Of a stretch of 64,000 nt of DNA, positions 22,405 through 32,173 are shown piece after piece; the stretch's first letter is position 1, and the number at the start of each line of letters is the position of its first letter. The notes under the pieces are model-generated. The model saw only the letters and a list, made by a program, of their open reading frames with translations, was not told the origin of the DNA and did no database searches. Source of the DNA: Schizochytrium sp. TIO01 (Eukaryota > Protista > Bigyra: Labyrinthulomycetes). Both the position numbers and the translations under genes were made by a program. The stretch covers positions 4,992,483 to 5,056,482 of the forward strand of contig SMSO01000032.1 of NCBI GenBank assembly GCA_004764695.1, read 5' to 3'.

Positions 22405-23141
22405 GAGGTAAGGCAGGCTTATTGCGCCTTGTTGAAGGGAAATTGGCTTTGGTGAATATATTGGTTATACGCACATTCGACGCCATCAATACAGCACTAT
22501 CTTAGGAAGGAGACGTCAAGGCGAGCGATGGTTTTGTCTGATTGTAGCAGAGAGATGCAACGTCGATGTATACAAAACAATCAATGGCCAGATGAAGTAC
22601 TACACAAATAGTAAACATAAGTTACACTTCGATTTTTATTTTTTTTAATGTAATTCAAGTGGATGGAGAGACCGAAGCATAAACATTTCCACATTCTAAT
22701 TTTCGAAAAGTACAAGAATGCAACGAACATGTGGACTTGCTGAGACATATTGTATGCTCCACAAACGAAAGTTTCTCATTTGAAAGATGTATGAAGAACC
22801 AGACTACTTAAAGGGACGGAACTCTGACGTTCGTACCATTTGAGGAGGCTCCTGAAGCGCTGAGGAGAGGTTTCGCAGGTCATTACACCGTGTCGCAACC
22901 ACGATTTAAGTGCACAAAGGGCCTAGATGACTCAAAACCAAAAAAGCAAGTAGAAATTATCGCGAAGAACTGAGTTTTTTTTGGTTTTCTTTCTTTTTCC
23001 AACATGTGAATGAATATACTACTAAAGCTTTAAAATGTAAAAGAAATTGCAGTGATATATCGAGATAGAAATCTATCTCATGGGTAAAATATCCATTAGA
23101 GAAGAAAGCATACGCATACAGTGACATAAGTTTTTCGATGT

Positions 23142-25397
23142 TTAATTGGTTTGGCGCTGTTGCACGGGGAGTTCGTTCTTCATAGAGCTGTGAACCATTT
23201 GCACAGCTTGATCAAGTTTAACTTGCGAGTCAGCAGAAATTTCGATCTGCGCTGCCTTGCGAAACATTTTGTTGCGACAATCCTTATCAGCCTGTTGGGT
23301 GATAACAATCCGAGCACCACAAACCTGCTGGATCATAAGCACAGTACGGCCCATAGGACCCATGAGACGACCAAGCACCGTTGTCTTGATGCGCATTTTC
23401 TTGGTGAACTTAAGCTCAACAGGAAAATAACTGATTAATTCACAGACGTTGAAGCCCTCTGGAGGGCTGGGAGCGCGGATCAATTTGCGGGGCATACCCT
23501 GACGATCAGGCCAGCCACTGCGGCAGCACGGAGGAGAGTTGTCGTAGCCACCACAACCAGATTGCACGCAAGGAAGCGCGCTGAAGACCTTGTAAGCGAG
23601 CTCTGGGGTGGCCATGTCCACAACAACAGATCCAACCTTGGAGCCATCTCTCCGCTCGTTCCAGCGAACCTGGCGAACTTCGAGCTGGCTTGCGTCAGTG
23701 TCCTCCGGCAGCTTATCCATTACGAGAGCCTTGACACCATCTTCTGTGGTACCAACAGGCAGCAAATGGAAGGTGAGGCGGGCACGGTATCTGTCGGGAA
23801 TTTCATTGAAAAGCAAGGGCAAGCTCACCTTGCGGGTTTGAGAGAGCTCAAGGAGCTTAAACATTACGCGAACGGACCATTTAGCATCATCAACACTATC
23901 GTGAGATTCACCACTTTCCTGAAATTGCTCTAGTTCACTTTGGTCATGAAGCACAGCAACAGCAGCATCCTTGAGGGAAAGAGTCATGTCAGGTAAGTTG
24001 CGGATGCCACAGAGGGCAGTGGTATCAACAATGTTGCAATGCCACAAATGAAGTGCACCAAAATCAGACCACAGCGAGTGGCCAACAACAATGTCCGACG
24101 CCGAAACGTGCTTGACAACCTTTTCCTGAGCTTCTTTAAAGGGCAGTTTAGCTTTGTCAAGGTGCTTTTGTTCAATACCACTCACATGGGTGAGCAAGTC
24201 TACGACTTCATACTCATCAGGGGTCTGAACGTAGTCATCGAAGATAACCTCATGGTGAAGCTTTGTGGTCTTGTCACTCTGACGCACAGGCTTGCATTCG
24301 ACCAAACTAACACGAGCCAAGACAGAGATAGGCTGCACGTCCTCTTCGGCGCCCTTTGGCCTGCAGAGAACCATCTCACAATCCAAGCCAAACAGTCTGG
24401 TACGTTGACCGTTGCTGTCCTCCTCATTGTCATCGCTATCCATATCCTCAGTACTCTTGATCACAGTCTGAACCCACGATTCCTTATCGAACTTCTCAAG
24501 AAGAGGTTCGTAGTAGCGTTTGTAGCCAGGGCTGGTCGCAGTAAGCTCCACAAGACCCACAACATCGCGAAGAGCCTCGTTGTTCACATTCGCAGGGTCA
24601 ATCTTGATACGTCCTTCGGGTCTACGTGTGGTCCAAGCTTCAGCGGACTCCTCGTCCGTCTCCATCTTGACAACTGCCTTCTTTGGCATGTGGGAAGCTA
24701 ACGGCACAGGTTTCGTGCGCATCATAGATTTAGCCTGAAGTTCCTGCGCATCAGAAACCACCGCAGCAGCCTTTTCTGCCACTGTTGCAATATCTTTGCG
24801 TTTATTCTCGCGCTGGCGTTCGCGGCGCTGTTTGTTCTTCGCGCGGCGTTTCTTTACAGGCTGGAAGTCTTCTTCATCTTCAGTTTTCTTTGAAGTTGAC
24901 TCCTTGGAGGCACCATCATTCTTGGCGATGTCAGAGTCCGTAGCGGCCTCGCGATCAGGCTGGTCCTGCTGCTGATTTTTTTTCGAGTCATCTGAAACTC
25001 GCTTACGTTTCGTTCCAGCAGGAGTTTTGGGCTTTGCGTTCGATTTCGTGGCGAGGGGCGCTGGGATCGGAGCGGATTTGATGAGGTCTGAAAGCGATCC
25101 TGCCTCCTTAGTTTTCGTGTCAGCACTCGAAGAAGGGTTTGCAGCCTCCTGGCGCTTCTTTTCAGCAGCCATGCGGGCCTCTGGGCTCACAAAGTTCACG
25201 GGCTGTGCAGGGAGACCATCGTCGAGAACAGCCTTATCGTAGGCCTTGGCGGCCTGCTCTGCGGTCTTGTAGAAGTCTTTGAGCCAGGTACGCTTGCCAT
25301 CGGCCTTGTAGTACCGTGCTCGCCATTTACGCTCCTGTTTGTGGTACACAACACCAGTGTACTTGCGCTGAAGCTCCTTGATCTCTGCCTCCGACAT
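23142..25397 (-). CDS. DEDDh 3'-5' RNA exonuclease (SDN1/REXO1 family) fused to an N-terminal AP2 domain and C-terminal RRM-like and KH domains
   Basis: AP2: KYTGVVYHKQERKWRARY...YKTAEQAAKAYDKAVL...VNF. Exo motifs: LDCEMV, VGHSLWSDF, HDSVDDA. RRM-like: ARLTFHLLP...DRQGMPRK. KH: LGRLMGPMGRTVLMIQQVCGARIVI. One uninterrupted ORF from ATG 25397. Confidence 0.88.
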   Translation of the reverse strand: MSEAEIKELQRKYTGVVYHKQERKWRARYYKADGKRTWLKDFYKTAEQAAKAYDKAVLDDGLPAQPVNFVSPEARMAAEKKRQEAANPSSSADTKTKEAGSLSDLIKSAPIPAPLATKSNAKPKTPAGTKRKRVSDDSKKNQQQDQPDREAATDSDIAKNDGASKESTSKKTEDEEDFQPVKKRRAKNKQRRERQRENKRKDIATVAEKAAAVVSDAQELQAKSMMRTKPVPLASHMPKKAVVKMETDEESAEAWTTRRPEGRIKIDPANVNNEALRDVVGLVELTATSPGYKRYYEPLLEKFDKESWVQTVIKSTEDMDSDDNEEDSNGQRTRLFGLDCEMVLCRPKGAEEDVQPISVLARVSLVECKPVRQSDKTTKLHHEVIFDDYVQTPDEYEVVDLLTHVSGIEQKHLDKAKLPFKEAQEKVVKHVSASDIVVGHSLWSDFGALHLWHCNIVDTTALCGIRNLPDMTLSLKDAAVAVLHDQSELEQFQESGESHDSVDDAKWSVRVMFKLLELSQTRKVSLPLLFNEIPDRYRARLTFHLLPVGTTEDGVKALVMDKLPEDTDASQLEVRQVRWNERRDGSKVGSVVVDMATPELAYKVFSALPCVQSGCGGYDNSPPCCRSGWPDRQGMPRKLIRAPSPPEGFNVCELISYFPVELKFTKKMRIKTTVLGRLMGPMGRTVLMIQQVCGARIVITQQADKDCRNKMFRKAAQIEISADSQVKLDQAVQMVHSSMKNELPVQQRQTN

Positions 25398-25844
25398 CGT
25401 CACCTGCGCTTGCCGAGCTCCAAGAGCACCGGAATTGCTATCGATGGAGGTGCTCTTCGGCAGGGCTCTCGCGATTCCGCAAGGGCCATAGAATTGCTTT
25501 AGCCTTTTCTGTCCACACAAGAGGAGGTCTTTTTACCTCATGCTTCCCAGGCGTTCTGTTCTCTTAGATACCGTTTACATATGGAACGATTATTTCCCAT
25601 TCAGATGAACTCAATACTTTTCACATTTGTGCGATTGATCTTGCTAGTGCTTCATTGTTACTTCGCTTCCCTTCCGTGGCGGAAACAGTAATGATTAATT
25701 TGATCAAAAGAGTATTTGACGATTGCCTGAAGCTTTGATTGACTTACTGTTTTCTTAAGGAAGATCAAATTTCGCCATTTACAAAAGTCTATGTATAAAT
25801 ATACTTTCACCGTCGACTCCCAGTCCATTAGAGTTGTTCGGTTT

Positions 25845-26193
25845 TTTTTGTTCTTTTTTTAAAGAACTACCTAATTTGCAGATGAATTTTAGACTCTTTG
25901 TCAACAAATTTTTATTGCGCTTCGGTTTTCTTTCCTGATGGATATTTCTTGCTTCCCCACTCATATTGAAATCTAGTTAGCCTTGATTCTGTCAGCTCTC
26001 TTTTCCGATGGATATTTCTTGCTTTTCCTCTCATATTGAAACTCAGTTAGTCTTGATGATTCTTTTTCTTTTTTTTAAGAACTGCTAATTTGCAGATGAA
26101 TTTTAGACTCTTTGTCAACAAATGTTTATTGCGCTTTAGTTTTCTTTCCTGATGGATATTTCTTGCTTTTCAACTCATATTGAAGTCCAGTTA
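25845..26193. repeat. Degenerate direct repeats (two ~135-bp copies plus a third ~55-bp sub-copy)
   Basis: 25845-25980 and 26062-26193 share AAAGAACT..CTAATTTGCAGATGAATTTTAGACTCTTTGTCAACAAAT...GATGGATATTTCTTGCTT...CTCATATTGAA..AGTTAG; the last part recurs at 26001-26056. Confidence 0.9.
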
Positions 26194-26360
26194 GAAGACT
26201 ATAAGACAATATAATGGAGGGCCTTTTTTCCATCGCTCCAATGACAAGTCACTGGTGTTCGTATAGTGATGAGGCAAAAAACAGTATGTTCAGAAACAGT
26301 GAATTAGCAAACTGAAGCAAATTAGCCCCCAATCCAATTATTTCATTACTTCCTCTCAGG

Positions 26361-27060
26361 ACCCGCAATCAGAATGAGACGCACAGAAAATCAAATCTTT
26401 AATTTAAAAAAAGAAATAATAAAAAGAAAAGAGAACTGCAGATAGATAGGGCATTACTACTATATACAAGGAACTCTGTTGCTTCATTACATTTCTCATG
26501 ATCTATTGAGCTTATATAATTTTCACCTGATTCGATTTTGCTGCAAAATGGCTCTCATTGCGTCTTCTCGGGTTCCACAATCACAATGAGACGCATAGAA
26601 AATCAAATCCTAAATATCGAATCCTGCAATCACAATGAAAGATACAGGAGATCAAATCCTAAATAAAATGCCCTATGATACAAAAAGGTTTAATGACGCT
26701 GTTACTATATCGAAGGAACTCTGTTATTTAATTACATTACATGTGGCATATTGAGCTTATGTAATTGTCGCCTGATTGTCAAATAGACTTTCAGTGCATC
26801 TCATCGGATCCCACAATCCCAATGAGATGTACAGGAAACCAAACCTTAAATAAAATGCCTCAAATAGATAGGGTGTTGCTACTATATAGAACCCACAATG
26901 TCAATGAGATGTACAGGAAATTAAACCTTAAATAAAATGCCTCAAATAGATAGGGTGTTGCTACTATATGGAAGGAGCTCTGAGATTTCATGGCATCACT
27001 TGTGATATATTAAGCTTATATAATTGTCACCTGATTCTCTCTTTCTGCAAAAAGAACTCT
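26361..27060. repeat. Degenerate tandem array, five partial or full units of a ~200-bp AT-rich element
   Basis: Units start near 26361, 26572, 26620, 26808 and 26890 with CCC(A/G)CAATC..AATGAGA. Long units share ACTATAT..AAGGA.CTCTG...TT.AGCTTAT.TAATT.TC.CCTGATT. Confidence 0.85.
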
Positions 27061-30000
27061 TCCAACATGATTCAAATTTCTTCGACGTTATTTAATGTAA
27101 ACAAAGTTTTCACAGTACAAGAGACGTTTTCAGTGGTCTTTATTTGTATATCACTATGAGCACTTTCGTGGCAGCGAGTCACTGGGGAGTTTTCCGGCAA
27201 ATTTACTTTTTGTTTTTCCACTGCTTTCAATCAAGAAGTGATAAATAACACATGCATATGGTGGCGGATGTGAAAGGTCAAAGCCCATTTTCCTATTATG
27301 ATTTGTAAGCGACTTCGAATGATTTTAGTAACAAAGAGTGTCATTATCTTGCAGGCATGAAATGGGGACGCGACGAAGACCCCTATTAATCTTTGCTCCC
27401 TCTTGAATAATCATGACTGGTGGGTTACTACGTTCCTACACCTTGGAATAAATTGGCGCTCAGAAGAACTCGTCAGTGTTGGGGTTCATCACACCGCGTG
27501 CAGATTGTCTGCGCGGATAAAGACGCTACGCTAACCTCCTCTGTCTCGCCAGCGCTTGAGGCATCCAGCTAAATCACCGCTCCTTGAAATGACATCTATA
27601 GTCTCAGAAACTAGCTTTTTCGATGGAGTAAAGGTTCGAGAGAGTTAATCATTTCGAACCCAAGACGTTATTTACCTTGTGTTCTACCGAGACACCTTGA
27701 TGAAAACGCGTGCTTCTCTCGGAAGCGTCCCGGCCATTCGTTGGTCGCATTTTTGGATTTCTCGCCAGCAAATGCGACTTCCGCGCCCATGCTCTCGCGA
27801 GGCTGATGAAAATGGCCCTCGTTACGCCGTTCTGTTCGATGGAAGTGAATATGCTGAAGAGGTGTGGGGTCGCACACACCCACACCAGGCTCGTTCACGA
27901 TTCACTATGCTCTACTTCTTGATGGCCCTTGTGACTTCTAGAGCGTGAACCTGGATGGGTACTTTCGAAGGGATTAGAATCGCCATGGCCAGATCTCTGA
28001 ATGTAAATCATCGTCGCCATCGAGACTCCACCTCGAGGCCTGAGGCACTCCACACGTGTACTGTTCTTGTACATTCCTGAGAAGCTGCTGGTCCAAATGT
28101 TATTTATTGTATTAAAGCTGAGTTGCCTAGCACCCGGAGAAAAACCAACAGAATGCCGCATTTTCAACTTTGAAAAATAAAAGCATCAAGCACTGGAAAG
28201 AAAGAGGTGCTCTGAGTCAATGCTGGCCTTCTCACTTGTTGTGCTGGGGCTCCAGTCTTTAGCGATTTACAAATGCGTCGCAGCGTCCCTTGAGTCCTGT
28301 TCGCTCTGGGCGCCTAACCCGTTGGACGCGGACCTTCAGCATTTCTTCCGGGTCATTTTTCTTTTTAATTTAAAAATTATCCTATGTAGTACTTACTAAA
28401 ATATATATATTATATTTGTTTAACACAAATAGCAACTAAAACAACAAAAGAAAGTACTGTTTTTTTTTTAAAAGTTAAATTAGAAAATTAAATAAGAATA
28501 AACAAACGTATATAGGCCTCTCTATACGCACCAATACTTGCTTTATAATTCCAAAAAACAACAACACGAGCTGAGAAAAAAAAAAGGGGGTCGGGTCATG
28601 CCATAGAAAACACACTCACAAGTACCACACGCCTCGTACCTCTTCCCACGAAGGATCTCTCGTGGTCTGGAATCCGGCGTCCTCATCATCGCATCCCTTC
28701 GCGAACCCCAAGCCACTTATTTCGCAACGGCACGCCCGCTCAGACGAGCGCCCTCCGGTACCTAACTCACTCTCTCTAAATCTAAAGCAAAAGCTGTCCT
28801 CTCTGCGAGCAGTGAACCAAGCAGTAAGCACGCAGTAAGCAAGCAAGCAGCCCCACACTTGCACGCCACTCTCTCTGTGGAAGGCGTCGGCGTCCCTGAC
28901 CACAGTGCTTTTGAGCGCCACAGCAGTTCAGAAGCTGCAGCTAGCTATCTATGACTTGGACTCGAAGCGTTCTGCGATGGGGAAAGCGCTCCAGCCAGCC
29001 GCCAGATGGAAAAACTGCCATCCATCCATACGCTACGCTCCTCGTGGACGTCGAGGCTGAGCTAGCCAGCCAGCCAGCGGCTGCTTTGAGCTTTGAGCCC
29101 GTGCTCGAAACCAGGACTCCAGACAACGAGGCCCCGGGCTTTGCAAGTCCTTTCCAAAGAATTGATCAGTTAGTTAGTTAATTAATCAATTAATTGCACT
29201 CGTCATTACCAACAACTTCACAAATCGACGTTGTCATCTTATTAACGGGGTGTGCGCGCGTGCACGTGTGTGTTTTCACAGGAGTTGAGTCTGCTTCTTC
29301 GCAGCTTTGGGTCGATTGGTAAACATTGAAGTTGGGAGCCGTTCGGCGGGCGATTCCGTCGCTCATTCGCTCGCAGGCCCATTCGTTCTGGAGAGAGCCC
29401 CTCCGTCGCAGCGCCCGCGGCGTTGAGCCCTTCTCCTGCGCGTCTTGTCGCTCTTTGTCTCACTCTTCCACCGTCTTCGCTCCTAACTCCGCGCGCTTCC
29501 CTGTTAGTCAAATGTCCCCATTCCGCCGAATGGCTTACGGGTCCTAACCAAAAGGAATAGCGGAAGAAAGAACAAAGACGCCAAAATGCGTTGCAAACAA
29601 ACCAGTTCTAAGCTCGCGCTGCGCCCTCCAGCTCCTTCTCGAGAGCCCTCATCCCACTTTCTGCCACAGCCGCTAGCGAGAGAGAGAGATGGAGGCAGAG
29701 AGAGGGAGAGAGCGAAGTGTCTTCTGGCAGGGACGCTTCTCCATCCGGCCAGCACTTCTTCTTGCTTGGTCTCTCAGAGCGGCGCCTTTCGCCCCTTTAT
29801 GCCCACTGCTCTCGCTGCTTTTGCTGCTTTCTCGCGCCGGTTTTAGCTGCGAAGGGCCTCGTTTAGCCTGCTTGCGTGCTTGCTTGCTTGCTTGCTTGGT
29901 AGCTTGCTTGCTTGGTAGCTAGGTGGCTAGCTTCCACGAGACCTGGAGGCAGGGCAAGCAGGAGGCGTTGAGGATTTCCGCTCCTCTGAGTTCTTGCCCC

Positions 30001-30077
30001 ACGGCGCTTATGCTGTTGCCAACAGTTGCTTCGTTTGCCTCTGCTGCGTTGGTTGGACACACAGCCGCCCTTGCTTT

Positions 30078-30085
30078 CTCACTTA

Positions 30086-30130
<45 letters not shown>
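30078..30130. repeat. (GCTT)n microsatellite
   Basis: Tetranucleotide run; a related degenerate run lies at ~29868-29925. Confidence 0.9.
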
Positions 30131-30300
30131 GGCCAGGGAATGGTGGTGAGCGAGCGAGCGTATCGAACGCGAGACGCGGCGAGGTTGTTTGACTGCATTG
30201 GTGCACGCCAGGACAGCGAAGAAAGGGCGGCGACAGCGAGAAGGAGAGCGAAGGCGTGAATGGCAATCCATCAATCCATCAATCCATCAGTCAATGAGTC

Positions 30301-30377
30301 AATGAATAAATGAATAAATGAATAAATGAATAAATGAATAAATGAATGAATGAATAAATTAATAAATTAATGAATAG
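30301..30377. repeat. (TGAATAAA)n octamer microsatellite
   Basis: Reverse complement of the octamer that forms the long array at 35.7-36.3 kb. Confidence 0.85.
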
Positions 30378-32107
30378 ATAGACAGGCCTAAGCGCCTCTC
30401 TTTCTCTCTCTCTCTCTCTCTCTTTCTGTTTGTGCCTCGACGAGAGGCCACAGTAGCAAGGGGCGCGAGCCAACAATTGCTGGTGTCTAGGCGTCTAGTA
30501 AATTTGCCGCCATTTGCCGATATAGCAGAGGCTGCTGGAGCTAAGTACTTACTTGGTCCGTTGCCAACTCGTCACACCAGCACCCATCAGGAGTGTTTTG
30601 CAATGGCTTAAACAGTGCTCTCTTAGGTTTCAATATTATTCTGTAGAGAAATAAAGTATTTGTGTATAGTATCGCTCAGACTCGGATTATTATTTTATAA
30701 TAATAAAGTATATTAAGTGAATATGTAAATCACTATTTAGAGTTTTGTCAGTAGGTATGGTTGTTATAATTAGAAGAGAAGTTTAGGGGAAGATTGACAT
30801 ACTTACTTAACTACTTACTTACTTACCTACTTGACAACAAAAATAAACGTGTTTTTCTAACACTCTTTTGATATTGAAAACATAAAACTTGAATACTGCG
30901 ATTCAATGATTAAATCAAGAGAGAGTGACTTCAATTGAAAAGCAGAGGAGAGCGGGGAGAGCGAGGAAACAGTCAAAATGAAATGCGCCTAGCGCTACTA
31001 CCTACTCGTAGCTTCCTCTGTATCAATTTCCCAACTCACAAACAACAGATTCTTCATCCCAACGCGAGAATGCTGCGGTTAGAATGCCGCAAAGAAAGAA
31101 AGAAAGAAAGAAAAAAGAAAAAAGAGGGGGAAAAGTTTTAGGTAGTTATAGGTACAGAAACCTAAAAAGTAACTTAGGTTCTGGATTGGCAAAAGCGCCG
31201 CGGCAGCTGAGCTGTTTCGGCGAGCCTTTTCCAGAGAGCGCTTTCAACCTATCGATTGCGAGGGCGCCGCTGATGCGCCTCTACAGCTCAAGTGCAATTG
31301 ACAGGCAGGTAGGTACTCTCTCCCACTTTTGCATGCATCCATACATACATACAATTTCATTCACTCCTGTGAGAAAGAAGCAAGAAAACGAGAAAATAAC
31401 ATTTTTCGTAAAAAAGAGAAAGAAAGAAAGAAAGAAAGAAAGAAGCGGATCAAAGTACCTATTTGCAACATTTTCAATCTCGATGCAAGCAAAGCTCGTC
31501 ATATGGAAGGCGGTGTAGGCTCAAGCGCACAGAAAAGAGAAGCTGCAGCTTTCAAGCACCTGTAAGCGATCCCCACGCGAGCTGCGCGCTCCTGTAAGCT
31601 TGTGTGTGCAGCTTGTAGGCTTGTACGTACACGGTGCTAGATACGCTTTCTTGGCCTTCAGGTGCGTGTAAACAAAAAGCAGCCTTCTTGCTTTCTGTAC
31701 TTATGTCATTCGTTAGAGTTCGCATCTCTTCCTTTGCAAAAAGTTTTCACAAAGGGTGCAAAAAGAAGAAACTAAAAGAAAAGCCACTCTGAGCGATGCG
31801 TTCAAGGCCTTCTGGTGGAGGCAATCAATCAATCAATCAATCAATCAAGCAAGCAAGCAAGCAATCAAGCAAGCAAGCGCAGCTTCAGGTCAGGCTGTGG
31901 CAAAGCTTTGCGTGGTCCCAATGCGGTCGAGAGAACAAAGTTACGCTTCGTGTTACCAACTTTGACGGTCGCGATTTCCTCAATCGAAAGGAAACGAAGA
32001 GAATAGACAGACAGAGTGCGAATTATTATCTCGCGCAGAGGAAGAAAGAGTGAAAGACCGACCCAACAAAAGTGGCAAAGAATCAGTGACCAGCGAAACC
32101 ACAATAA

Positions 32108-32173
32108 TAAACTAAACTAAACTAAACTAAACCAAACTAAACCAAACTAAACCAAACTAAACTAAACTAAACT
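32108..32173. repeat. (CTAAA)n pentamer run with an alternating CCAAA/CTAAA core
   Basis: Read directly from the sequence. Confidence 0.9.

Noticed and set aside
22331-23142. Functional link between the tRNA gene and the adjacent REX-family exonuclease
   Set aside because: Proximity alone is not evidence in a eukaryotic genome without operons.
25935-25990. Hammerhead-ribozyme-like words CTGATG...GAAA in the direct repeat
   Set aside because: The core lacks A9, there is no stem I, and the other two copies break CTGA or GAAA.
26361-27060. CRISPR-like or LRR-coding interpretation of the repeat array
   Set aside because: The repeats are long and degenerate and lack unique equal-length spacers or cas genes; reading frames are not preserved between units.
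27350-28200. Faint LINE reverse-transcriptase-like words (VAFLDFS, MLKRCGV on +; TPHLFSIF on -)
   Set aside because: The motifs fall in different frames or strands with wrong spacing and there is no YADD; not supportable without a profile search.
32108-32173. Interstitial telomere-like repeat
   Set aside because: The unit is TTTAG/TTTGG, lacks the G-run of typical telomeric repeats and is short; an ordinary SSR.
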